DNA of 64,000 bases from Clostridia bacterium (GTDB lineage: Bacteria; Bacillota; Clostridia; Christensenellales; CAG-917): the NCBI GenBank assembly GCA_028710495.1, contig JAQUST010000006.1, forward strand, positions 1,993 to 65,992, written 5' to 3'. Below, one piece after another: positions 18,788 through 27,613 of this stretch. The position numbers and the translations under genes were made by a program. Under the pieces are notes generated by a model that ran no database searches, was not told where the DNA came from, and worked only from the letters and a program-made list of their open reading frames with translations. Every line of letters starts with the position of its first letter. The first letter of the stretch is position 1.

Positions 18788-19668
18788 ATTTTATGCCATA
18801 ACCCAATATCGAATCTAATAAAACGAATGTCTAATAAATCAAATCTAGCAAGTCAAATTGTACAAGTAAGTCTGGCAAATTGAATCGGGAAGTCAATACG
18901 GACAAACCAATACGGGCAAACCAAAACTAGAAAAACAAGCTAGATTGTTTTTTGAAATTGCAGATGGATTATAAAATTTAGCAGCGCATTTGCAGGGCGG
19001 GGGAGACAAACAGAGAAATTTGTCTCAGTGCGAAAAATTGCAAATTTGGAATTTATAAAATGCAGAAGCAAAAAACGATAAAAAATTAGCTTAATAAAGT
19101 AGAAAAGAAACCAAATTCTATTTAATCTAAAATAATAAAAAATTATATGAAAAGTGGACAATCTTATTTGAATGCCCACTTTTCGTTTTGTACTCAAAAC
19201 ATTTCATCTTCAGTACAAAACTAGATTGTGCATATGTTCAATTATTATTCAAAGTTTTTATATTTTTTTGAATGTGTCTTTTATGCGCATATTCACATCT
19301 GTGCATAAAAGACGAAAAGCCTTTGTTGAACGGAAAGCTTGACAAAACAATATAGGAGCATTTATTTTTTAGCTAATTTGATTATGACTAATAATTATAT
19401 TAAATTATAGGGCTATCGGATTGCATTATATAGATTAGTAATATTTGTTTTAACAAAAAAAGATAGGATAAGAGTGGAAATCAAAATATTGAAACAGGCA
19501 TTTGCATAAAAAATAGTTACAATAGGATTAGAATAAGAGGATTAGAATAGTAAGATAAGTATAGAAGATATACTATCGTATAAAGGTTTAGAAAGGTAGA
19601 GGAAAAGGTTGTGATATTAAATTGCGAAAATAGTTGCAATTTTGTCGGTATTCATACAAAATAAAGAA

Positions 19669-20505
19669 ATGGACAACAACAAATTTAATCTAAAAGAAAT
19701 AATCAACGCAACGGGTTTTCGTTTCAATAAAAATTTAGGACAAAACTTTTTGACCGACACGAATTTGCTCGATGCAATCGTAGTGGATGCAGGTGTGACA
19801 GCGAACGACATTATTGTTGAAATCGGAACAGGCGCGGGCACGCTTACACGTTCACTTGCAAAAATCGCAAAAAAGGTTTATTCGTTTGAGCTTGACCAAA
19901 ATCTCATTCCTATTCTTGATTTGACGCTGAAGGGCATCGAAAATGTTGAAGTTATTTTCCGAGATGTTTTGAAGATGAAAGATAGCGAACTTGCCGAAAT
20001 AGTTGGCGGAAATTTTAAGGTGGTCGCTAATCTTCCATATTATATCACTACTCCAATTATTATGCGCTTTTTGGAAAGCTCTTTGCCGATTGAAAGTCTG
20101 ACAATTATGGTTCAAAAAGAAGTGGCTGACCGCTTTGTTGCAAAACCTCAGACCAAAGAATATGCCGCAATAACACTTGCTATTGAGATGTGTGGCAAAG
20201 CCATTATCACTCGTGCAGTAAACCGTACAATGTTTTTTCCCTCTCCGAATGTGGATTCAGCCGTTGTGAGGATAGATATAGAAAAAGGGAAAGTAGAGGA
20301 AAATATTTTTTGTACTGTGAAAAAACTTGTGCATTCGGCCTTTGCGATGCGTCGTAAAACACTTGAGAACAATATTTCCGCAACTTTCGGAATTTCTAAA
20401 GCGGAAGCAAGCGAAAGAATGATTCGTGCAGGAATAAAGCCGATGACAAGAGGAGAAGCGTTGAATCTTGAGGACTACAAAAATCTAGCAAAAGAGTTCA
20501 AATAG
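19669..20505 (+). CDS. rsmA: 16S rRNA (adenine1518/1519-N6)-dimethyltransferase
   Basis: FNKNLGQNFLTD...EIGTGAGTLT...ANLPYYITTPI. ATG 19669 is preferred over the upstream TTG 19642. Confidence 0.93.
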   Translation: MDNNKFNLKEIINATGFRFNKNLGQNFLTDTNLLDAIVVDAGVTANDIIVEIGTGAGTLTRSLAKIAKKVYSFELDQNLIPILDLTLKGIENVEVIFRDVLKMKDSELAEIVGGNFKVVANLPYYITTPIIMRFLESSLPIESLTIMVQKEVADRFVAKPQTKEYAAITLAIEMCGKAIITRAVNRTMFFPSPNVDSAVVRIDIEKGKVEENIFCTVKKLVHSAFAMRRKTLENNISATFGISKAEASERMIRAGIKPMTRGEALNLEDYKNLAKEFK

Positions 20506-20641
20506 CCGATGAGCTCTAGAAGCTAAACAACACAAATAGCTAATAATTTCAATCAACTATAATAGCTAAAATAACGAAATAGAATAAGTAGTTCAAATAT
20601 CGAAAGAACTTGATTAGCAAAAGAATTTAAGCTGCTATAAA

Positions 20642-20875
20642 CTCGAGAAATCTAAGAACTCAAATACGAAAGAACTCAAGAAATCTAAAAACTTAAATAC
20701 GAAAGAACTCAAGAAATTTAAAAAAAAAATAACGATAGAACTCGATAAATCAAAGGACTCAAATAACGATTGGACTCGAGAAATTTAAAAAAAAAATAAC
20801 GATAGAACTCGATAAATCAAAGGACTCAAATAACGATTGGACTCGAGAAATTTAAGAACTCAAATAACGAAAGAA
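20642..20875 (+). repeat. Seven tandem copies of a 33-34-bp unit, with a 67-bp higher-order duplication
   Basis: Unit: ctcgagaaatctaagaactcaaataacgaaagaa. Copies start at 20642, 20675, 20708, 20741, 20775, 20808 and 20842. Segments 20708-20774 and 20775-20841 are near-identical 67-mers. More decayed copies extend back towards 20560. Confidence 0.9.
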
Positions 20876-20931
20876 TATAGTAATTAAAGAATGCGAGTAA
20901 TTCTCAAAAATATTGATAATTGTTGATATAT

Positions 20932-20960
20932 AAAAGAGAGCGGAATATCCGCTCTCTTTT
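20932..20960. terminator. Bidirectional terminator between rsmA (+) and the 305-aa gene (-)
   Basis: aaaagagagcgg-aatat-ccgctctctttt: a 12-bp stem whose A and T ends serve both strands. Confidence 0.8.
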
Positions 20961-21018
20961 ATTCGGTCAATTTCAGGTTGTTCAATTCCGTATTTTTTTG
21001 CTTTTTTCCCAAAGATAG

Positions 21019-21936
21019 CTATGCATTTTTGAGGCACTTTCCAGTCATAGCATTTTGGTAAATCAACCAAAATCCATCACCAAACTTGTTTTCGAGGTCA
21101 AACGGAAACCACTCGCATACATCAGCAATTTCCTCTGGCGGTTTGACAGGGTAGGTGCCGGGTATCCCATAGCAGATAAACTCCGGTTTATCGTTTTCAT
21201 CAAAAATAAGTCCCACAACATAGTATTCATCATCACAATCAACGCGCACCCATTTGGAGTTTGATATCAATTCTTGCAACCGTTCTTCTGTGGGATAGCA
21301 TTCAAACATTTCATCGAGCTGGGGTTTGACAGCTATGTAGAAATTTTCTCCTTCATAGCTTATTCCTTCGTTTATCACGGCTGAAGGTTCGGAGTTCTGC
21401 GCTGAAGCTGTTTTTGCTGAAGCGGTGTGATTGTTTCTTCCAGTCTTTGCATTTGCGCTTTTGGAATAATTATCGTGCAATTGATTGTCCGCATATTTTG
21501 AGTCACTTGCGTGTTTGCTTTCGTCATTATTCTGTTCTCGTTCAGTCTCAGTGGAGTTATTGTCTATGGTATCTTGGTTATGCGTTTTTTCGGTATTTCT
21601 GATTGCTTTTGCTTTTTTTTCACTATAATAATTCTGAAGTTCGCTCAGTTTTCTCAAATCATTATTCGTTGAGCCCGAAAGCAATGGCATTTCATTTTCA
21701 AGCAGCAGACAATGAGCTTCGCCGGAAAATTCTGAATTAAGCGTAAATTTGCATTCATTTTCAAGAACGGAAACTTCGTGAGTTTCGCCTGTGTTCAACA
21801 GCAATGAAAGAGGTGATGTAATAGCAAAGTTTAAGGTAAGCACGCCCTCAACCTCTGTTCCGTTGGCAGTGAGCCTCAAAACGCCTGAATTTTTGCCGTT
21901 GTCAGATTTTAGTATCAATATCTTTTTTATAAACAT
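21019..21936 (-). CDS. Hypothetical protein with a disordered N/S/K/E-rich central region
   Basis: ATG 21936 is preceded by GAGGTG (21947..21942). The protein has a folded N-terminal part of about 95 aa, a polar linker of about 100 aa, and a C-terminal domain (YYVVGLIFDENDKPEFICYGIPGTYPVKPPEE...WFPFD...GFWLIYQNAMTG). I recognise no named family. Confidence 0.6.
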   Translation of the reverse strand: MFIKKILILKSDNGKNSGVLRLTANGTEVEGVLTLNFAITSPLSLLLNTGETHEVSVLENECKFTLNSEFSGEAHCLLLENEMPLLSGSTNNDLRKLSELQNYYSEKKAKAIRNTEKTHNQDTIDNNSTETEREQNNDESKHASDSKYADNQLHDNYSKSANAKTGRNNHTASAKTASAQNSEPSAVINEGISYEGENFYIAVKPQLDEMFECYPTEERLQELISNSKWVRVDCDDEYYVVGLIFDENDKPEFICYGIPGTYPVKPPEEIADVCEWFPFDLENKFGDGFWLIYQNAMTGKCLKNA

Positions 21937-22030
21937 AAATACACCTCGCACAATAGCCTATGAAACTGAATCTTTCAATATGCAAATTGTGAGGGCGGAA
22001 AACTGGCAAAATTAAAATAGACACAACAAA

Positions 22031-22143
22031 ATATACAAAGAGAAAGATATAGGACAGATTCATGAATATATAAAATGCAGAGAAAAGTTTTGGACGGATT
22101 TTTGATATACAAGATAAAGAGAAAGATTTAGTATAGATTTGTA
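22031..22143. repeat. Three degenerate 35-39-bp direct repeats in the divergent promoter region
   Basis: Units at 22031-22065, 22066-22104 and 22105-22143 share atata(c/t)aa..agagaaag.t.t.gga.agatt. Confidence 0.5.
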
Positions 22144-22185
22144 ACTATAAAAGAGTAAGAAAAGATAAATTATTGTTTCATTTGC

Positions 22186-22214
22186 TTGACATTATTGTTT
22201 GCTTTTATTATCAT
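22186..22214 (+). promoter_or_regulatory. Sigma-A-type promoter of rplM-rpsI
   Basis: TTGACA (22186-22191), 17-nt spacer, TATCAT (22209-22214). This gives a leader of about 80 nt before ATG 22298. Confidence 0.6.
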
Positions 22215-22297
22215 TAGAAAGCTACACAAATGTGGAGAATGTTTTGCTGTGGAACTAGCCCCTCTTACAGCGGAATTGAAATTTTGGAGGTTACACC

Positions 22298-22768
22298 ATG
22301 AGCAATAGTTTGCCTGAAATGGCAAAAAATAATAAAACATATATGGCAAAGCCAACCGAAGTCGATTCAAAGTGGTATATCATTGATGCTACTGACTGTG
22401 TTTTAGGACGTCTTGCTTCACAAGTTGCAAGCATCTTAAAAGGCAAGAATAAGCCAACATACACCCCGAATGTCGACACCGGTGATCACGTCATCATAAT
22501 CAACTGCGATAAAGTCCGTTTGACAGGCAAAAAGCTTGAGCAAAAATATTATCGCTATCATTCAGGTTTTATTGGCGGTTTGAAAGAAATCCAATATAAG
22601 AAACTTATGAAAGAGAAACCAGAATTTGCCGTTTACAAGGCAGTTAAAGGTATGCTTCCAACAAAGAACACTCTTGGAACACAAATGCTTAAGAAATTAA
22701 GAGTTTATGCAGGCAGTGAGCATACACATCAGGCTCAGCAACCAATCGAACTCAAGATTGAGGGTTAA
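22298..22768 (+). CDS. rplM: 50S ribosomal protein L13
   Basis: [50 protein letters not shown] lies at 22286-22290. Confidence 0.97.
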   Translation: MSNSLPEMAKNNKTYMAKPTEVDSKWYIIDATDCVLGRLASQVASILKGKNKPTYTPNVDTGDHVIIINCDKVRLTGKKLEQKYYRYHSGFIGGLKEIQYKKLMKEKPEFAVYKAVKGMLPTKNTLGTQMLKKLRVYAGSEHTHQAQQPIELKIEG

Positions 22769-22778
22769 GAGGTGAATT

Positions 22779-23195
22779 ATGGCAACTAAAAAAGTATTGA
22801 AAAAGAAAGTACAATTTATCGGCACTGGTCGCAGAAAGACTGCAATTGCCCGTGTTCGTTTGATTCCAGGTGGAGAAGGCGCTATCACAATCAACAAGCG
22901 TACCATCGAAGAATTTTTCCCACTTGACACAATGAAGCAAATTGTTCGTCAGCCAATCGTGTTGACAGACACAAGCGATAAGTTTGACGTAATAGTCAAT
23001 GTCAAGGGTGGCGGTTTCACAGGACAAGCCGGAGCAATCCGTCACGGTATCGCAAGAGCACTCTGCAACGCAGACCTTGCATATCGCGCAGCACTCAAGA
23101 AAGCTGGCTTCCTCACAAGAGACCCGAGAGAAAAAGAGCGTAAGAAATGTGGTCTTAAGAAAGCTCGTAAAGCACCACAGTTTTCAAAGCGTTAA
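22779..23195 (+). CDS. rpsI: 30S ribosomal protein S9
   Basis: [12 protein letters not shown]...[19 protein letters not shown]...[12 protein letters not shown]. Confidence 0.97.
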   Translation: MATKKVLKKKVQFIGTGRRKTAIARVRLIPGGEGAITINKRTIEEFFPLDTMKQIVRQPIVLTDTSDKFDVIVNVKGGGFTGQAGAIRHGIARALCNADLAYRAALKKAGFLTRDPREKERKKCGLKKARKAPQFSKR

Positions 23196-23230
23196 TCGAT
23201 TCAGTTTTCAAATTATTTTCAAACGAAACA

Positions 23231-23258
23231 AAGACCACTCAAAGGTGGTCTTTTTTTT
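23231..23258 (+). terminator. Rho-independent terminator of rplM-rpsI
   Basis: aagaccac-tcaaag-gtggtctt followed by a T-run. Confidence 0.85.
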
Positions 23259-23333
23259 GCCTGTTTTAGATTTAATTTTGAATTAGTCAAAGGAAATTTC
23301 AGATATTTCCGAAATAAAGCAGTCCGAAGATGA

Positions 23334-23642
23334 TTATTTCAAAGTGCGTGATTTACATTTTGTCAGAACTAAGCCATCTGCAACTGTGATTTCTTGAGCT
23401 GTACAAATATTGCCGTCATTGAAATTGCACTCGGCGTTGCACTGAACAATATTGTCAGAAACTGCACGAATGTCCAATTCTTCTGCTGCCTCGACATCAG
23501 CAAATGCCTGTGCCAAAACTCCGCCTTCACGTTTTACCTTGGAAAGGCATTTTGCATTTTCACCTATTGTTATGACGCCTGCCATACATTTTGATTTGAT
23601 ATTGTGTTCACAATTTGTTGTTGAGCAATTTAGTGTTTTCAT
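23334..23642 (-). CDS. DUF1540 domain protein (two Cys-rich repeats)
   Basis: Two copies of C..(T/E)C.(H/F)N....C.A..I.V: CSTTNCEHNIKSKCMAGVITI and CNAECNFNDGNICTAQEITV. ATG 23642 has a GAGG SD 5 nt upstream. Confidence 0.75.
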   Translation of the reverse strand: MKTLNCSTTNCEHNIKSKCMAGVITIGENAKCLSKVKREGGVLAQAFADVEAAEELDIRAVSDNIVQCNAECNFNDGNICTAQEITVADGLVLTKCKSRTLK

Positions 23643-23795
23643 ATTTACCTCGAAAAAATAAGAATGATTTGTAATTATTGTGCACAAGCAATCAAAATTT
23701 ATACTTTGTGTGAGCTACTTACTGAGAAGAAGTTGAAAAAAAGAAAGGTCTGTGGTATAGTGAATAAAGACAAAATTCAGTAAGGAGTACACAAT

Positions 23796-24245
23796 ATGAA
23801 GGTAATTTTACTTGCAGATGTCAAAGGCACGGGCAAAAAGGGTGAGATAATTGAAGTCAATGACGGTTACGCCCGTAATTTTTTGATAAGAAATAAAATG
23901 GCGCAGGAAGGAACGCCTGCAAATCTCAATGCTGCTAATCAAAAAATCAAAGCCGAAAAGGCTCGTATTGCTGAGGAAAAAGCAACGGCAAAAGCAGTAT
24001 GTGAGAAATTGAAAGGATTGGTGATAGTTGTCAAGGCCAAATGCGGTTCTGATAACGGAAAAATGTTTGGGAGCGTGACTGCACAGGAGATTTCAGACAG
24101 CCTCAAGACTCAAGGCTTTGATATAGAAAAAAAGAAAATTGTGATGAAGGAAAGCATACGCGAATTTGGTCGTTATACTTTAACAGTGAAGCTGTATCCC
24201 GAAATCTCATCAGATTTGGAAATTGATGTGCAAAGGAACGTTTAA
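23796..24245 (+). CDS. rplI: 50S ribosomal protein L9
   Basis: [36 protein letters not shown]. The SD is AAGGAG. Confidence 0.95.
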   Translation: MKVILLADVKGTGKKGEIIEVNDGYARNFLIRNKMAQEGTPANLNAANQKIKAEKARIAEEKATAKAVCEKLKGLVIVVKAKCGSDNGKMFGSVTAQEISDSLKTQGFDIEKKKIVMKESIREFGRYTLTVKLYPEISSDLEIDVQRNV

Positions 24246-24946
24246 TGCCAAACGAGCAAATAAATAACACCTTACTTTTGGAGGGCGAAAAATTTGAGGA
24301 TTTGCAACTTGACGGTTTGCAAATAATTCAATCTGATAAATTGTATCGCTTTACTTCTGACAGCGTTCTGCTTGCAAATTATGTGAAAGTCAAAAACGGT
24401 GATACTGTGATAGACTTGGGCACGGGCAGTGGAATAATCGCAATACTTGTTTCAAAAAAGACAGATGCGGGCAAAATTGTGGGTGTTGAAATTCAGACCG
24501 AACTTGCAGATATGGCAACGCGTAGCGTTTCTTTCAACAAACTTGATGACAAAGTTAAGATAAAAAATATTGATTTGCGGGATGCCTATAAAGTGCTGGG
24601 AAATGAAAGCGCTGATATTGTTGTTTGCAATCCGCCTTATGAAAAATCCAATCAGCAATTGGGAGAAAATGCTAATATTGCTGGATGCAATGCTGAGCTT
24701 TTGGCTACGCTTGAAGATTTTGCTAAGAGTGCAAAACAGTTGCTGAAATATAGTGGGAAGTTTTATTTGATTATAAAAGCAAAACGAATGAGTGAAACAC
24801 TTTGCACATTGTCAAAACACGGTCTTGAACCGAAAGTCATAACTTTAGTTGTTCGCGACAAGAATGAAGAAGCAGACACGGTAATGATTGAAGCAAAAAA
24901 GGGCGGGAGCACGGGAGTGAAAGTTACAATCCAAAAGGAAAACTAA
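24245..24946 (+). CDS. Class I SAM-dependent methyltransferase, tRNA1(Val) m6A37 (TrmN6/YabB)-like
   Basis: The SAM motif is VIDLGTGSGIIAI and the N6-adenine-type catalytic motif is CNPPYEK. The start overlaps the rplI stop (TAATG). Confidence 0.7.
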   Translation: MPNEQINNTLLLEGEKFEDLQLDGLQIIQSDKLYRFTSDSVLLANYVKVKNGDTVIDLGTGSGIIAILVSKKTDAGKIVGVEIQTELADMATRSVSFNKLDDKVKIKNIDLRDAYKVLGNESADIVVCNPPYEKSNQQLGENANIAGCNAELLATLEDFAKSAKQLLKYSGKFYLIIKAKRMSETLCTLSKHGLEPKVITLVVRDKNEEADTVMIEAKKGGSTGVKVTIQKEN

Positions 24947-25758
24947 TGGCGAAATTATATATTGTCGGAACACCAATAGGAAATCTAAAAGACATCACTT
25001 TGCGTGCTATTGAAACACTCAAAATGGTTGACTTTATTGCGTGCGAGGACACAAGACATTCCTTGCAGTTGCTCAATCATTTGGAAATTACTAAGCCTTT
25101 ATTTGCATATCATCAACACAATGAAAATCAATCCTCAGAGAAAATATGTGCTCTTGTCAGAGAAGGAAAAAATGTTGCATTGATAACAGATGCAGGTATG
25201 CCTTCAGTTTCTGACCCTGGCGCAATAGTCGTTTCAAAATGTAGACAGGAAGGGCTTGAAGTCGAAACTGTTCCTAGTGCAACAGCACTGACAACGGCTT
25301 TCGCTCTAAGCGGAATACAATCGAAAGGTTTTGCGTTTCTAGGGTTTATACCCTCAAAACAATGCGATAAAGTTCGTTTTTTGTCAAAATACTCGAAATT
25401 GAATATACCAATGGCATTTTACTGTGCGCCTCACGATATCATAAAAGATGCGCAATCAATGCTTGAAGTTTTTGGCGACAGGCGTGTTTGGGTGGCGAAA
25501 GAACTCACCAAAATTCACGAAAGTGTTCTCGAGTGCACACTTGCAAATTTCTGCATAGGTGAACCTAGAGGAGAGTATGTGCTTATTGTTGATGGCGCAA
25601 CAGAAGAAAACAAGCTTTTGGATTTGACAATTGAAGAACATCTCGATTTTTACATTGAACAGGGAAATGACAGCAAAACTGCAGTCAAACTTGTGTCTAG
25701 CGAAAGGGGACTCAACAAAAACGAAGTATACCAAATTGCGCTCAAAATGAAGCAATGA
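24946..25758 (+). CDS. rsmI: 16S rRNA (cytidine1402-2'-O)-methyltransferase
   Basis: KLYIVGTPIGNLKDITLRAIETLKMVDFIACEDTRHSLQLLNHL...TDAGMPSVSDPG. The start overlaps the upstream stop (TAATG). Confidence 0.92.
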   Translation: MAKLYIVGTPIGNLKDITLRAIETLKMVDFIACEDTRHSLQLLNHLEITKPLFAYHQHNENQSSEKICALVREGKNVALITDAGMPSVSDPGAIVVSKCRQEGLEVETVPSATALTTAFALSGIQSKGFAFLGFIPSKQCDKVRFLSKYSKLNIPMAFYCAPHDIIKDAQSMLEVFGDRRVWVAKELTKIHESVLECTLANFCIGEPRGEYVLIVDGATEENKLLDLTIEEHLDFYIEQGNDSKTAVKLVSSERGLNKNEVYQIALKMKQ

Positions 25759-26049
25759 ATTTAGCTTTTTACATTAGATTGCTTAATTTGAAATAGCAGT
25801 TCAAATAAAAAGCTAATGACGCAGTCAAAATATAAAAATAGCAGAAGAACCATAAAGTTTGGCAAAAGCAGTAGAACCATATTGCCTTAAAAACAGTCAA
25901 GCTAAAAAGTTGAAAGAAGAATATAATTTCGTTATTAATATTTAGAAAAGCAGTTTACAGATAATTATTTTCCGTTGATTAGCAAATTGTTCTTCACAAT
26001 CGACACAATATGCTTTTGTTTGGCAAATATTCCTAATCTTTGATATGCG

Positions 26050-26078
26050 CCTCGTGCTATATTTTGCACGAGGTTTTT
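26050..26078 (+). terminator. Rho-independent terminator-like hairpin ending 2 nt before ATG 26081; its 3' arm carries the GAGG SD
   Basis: cctcgtgc-tatatttt-gcacgagg-ttttt, followed by aa and the ATG. Confidence 0.6.
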
Positions 26079-26080
26079 AA

Positions 26081-27343
26081 ATGGGGAAAGCGATTTTTGA
26101 ATTGAGAAGACAAGAAGCAACCAAAAATAATGTAAGCGTAATAGAAAACGAAATTGCGTCAAGAGCAGACAACGAAATTGATGCTTTGTTGTGCAAAGAT
26201 GTTGTTTGCAGAGAAGTTGATGGCACATCTGTTTTGGTAGGGAAGGAGATGCTAAAAAGACTTCCGCATATCGTCGAGGATTTTGCACCATCTCCTCAAA
26301 TTGCAATCATTTATCTTTCAGATGTTGCGCATATTGCGCGCAAACTTTCCGTTGCAATGAGTCATGCGGGTTGGCGAGTTTATGAGATGAGTATGCCAGA
26401 TGAAGCAAAATTGACTGAGCAAAACAAATTGCTCCTGTCTGTGCCTGAATATATCAGATTCATTATAGCTATCGGAAGTGGAAGAATAAGTGAGTTGTGC
26501 GCACTTGTTGCGAAAAAACAAAATATTGATTTTGGAATATATGCCACAGCACCTTCTACGGACAGTTACATATCGGCAGTTAAAGCTCCTAAATTTGTTG
26601 TTGCTGACGAGCTGGAATTGCAGTCGTGTCCAAAACAGCTTGTTGCCGCTGGAGTCGGAATTGTGCTTTCTCAACCTCTAAAGGAGTTCGAACGCAGAGT
26701 TGAATCGCTTTTGTTTGAAACAATTTATTCGGGGCAAATTGGCAAAAATGCTTCAAAAATAAGAGCCAAACGTATAATGCTGGAAGACGGCACGGTGGAT
26801 GTGATTGAATTGTTTTGGCAGCTTGTGGATTTGTCAAAGCAAAATAAACGGCAGAGTTTTGTTGCATCAGCTGAGATTTTGGCAGATATATTGGCACGCG
26901 CAGATGGCAAGCGATATTTTGGAGAATATGTTTTTGTTGCCTCGTATCTTATTGCAGGATTCTACTCAGCATATTTATCGGGTGATTGTTCAGATGTTTT
27001 GCTTCCACCTGACAAGGTGAAAACGATGAAGCTACTTGAGAAGAAATGTGGCTTCAATTATTTTTCCCTAGTCAAAAGAATTGACATTTTGAGCATTAAC
27101 AGTTATTTTAGAATTAAATATATACTTAGCGAATATAGAAAAGATTTGCTTGATGAACTCAGTGATTTGAATTTCAAATCCGCACAAAAGTTCTGGCGCA
27201 GACAATATGCGGATGCAGGTTTTTGGTTGTCAAACACATTCTGTGTGAAAGAACTGCTATCACTTATGTCCTTGTCGGGTGAACTGGCAGGTGGTTTGCT
27301 TGGGTTTGCGAAGGCAAGCGGAGCTTTAGAAAATTATATTTAA
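26081..27343 (+). CDS. Dehydroquinate-synthase-fold protein, divergent glycerol-1-phosphate dehydrogenase (AraM/EgsA)-like
   Basis: IIAIGSGRISELCALVAKKQNIDFGIYATAPSTDSYISAV aligns by eye with the GGG..D..K......IP...VPT..S.DG core of G1PDH and iron-ADH enzymes, but the glycine motif is degenerate. The start is uncertain because the hairpin at 26050-26078 abuts it. Confidence 0.35.
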   Translation: MGKAIFELRRQEATKNNVSVIENEIASRADNEIDALLCKDVVCREVDGTSVLVGKEMLKRLPHIVEDFAPSPQIAIIYLSDVAHIARKLSVAMSHAGWRVYEMSMPDEAKLTEQNKLLLSVPEYIRFIIAIGSGRISELCALVAKKQNIDFGIYATAPSTDSYISAVKAPKFVVADELELQSCPKQLVAAGVGIVLSQPLKEFERRVESLLFETIYSGQIGKNASKIRAKRIMLEDGTVDVIELFWQLVDLSKQNKRQSFVASAEILADILARADGKRYFGEYVFVASYLIAGFYSAYLSGDCSDVLLPPDKVKTMKLLEKKCGFNYFSLVKRIDILSINSYFRIKYILSEYRKDLLDELSDLNFKSAQKFWRRQYADAGFWLSNTFCVKELLSLMSLSGELAGGLLGFAKASGALENYI

Positions 27344-27426
27344 TCTATTCCGTCCAAACTTTCTATAATATAAAAATTGTTTTGAGATATATTGCAATCA
27401 ATTTTATGTTCACAAATGAAAATCAG

Positions 27427-27456
27427 ATAGTGTTTTTTTATCCATCAAAACACTAT
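27427..27456. other. 10-bp inverted repeat (hairpin) downstream of the 420-aa gene
   Basis: atagtgtttt-(10 nt)-aaaacactat. There is no clear U-tract. Confidence 0.3.
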
Positions 27457-27613
27457 TATAAAATCAGTTGCGAATATACAAAAACATAGGCTACATAAAA
27501 GCTAGAACAAAAATAAAGATGTGAAATCATTCGATTTTACGCAATAAACTGAATTACTCAATGAATAATTAAATTGAAGAATAGATATTTCAATTTGGGA
27601 GAAACATAAGAAT

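Noticed and set aside
18940-19197. 85-aa minus-strand ORF in the large intergenic gap
   Set aside because: It is a low-complexity F/I/L/Y-rich translation of AT-rich DNA, with no SD and no recognisable domain. It is most likely spurious.
22215-22297. Ribosomal-protein L13 leader RNA upstream of rplM
   Set aside because: The leader is about 80 nt long. Only weak stems are present (gctgt/acagc with a 16-nt loop, and an imperfect ctacaca/tgtggag pairing). I cannot support a conserved structure without a covariance-model search.
8593-23258. Shared aagaccac...gtggtctt core between the hairpin at 8593-8620 and the rpsI terminator at 23231-23258, as a possible dispersed element
   Set aside because: Only about 8 bp per arm are shared, and the loops and flanks differ. 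This is most simply explained as coincidental similarity between GC-containing stems in an AT-rich genome.
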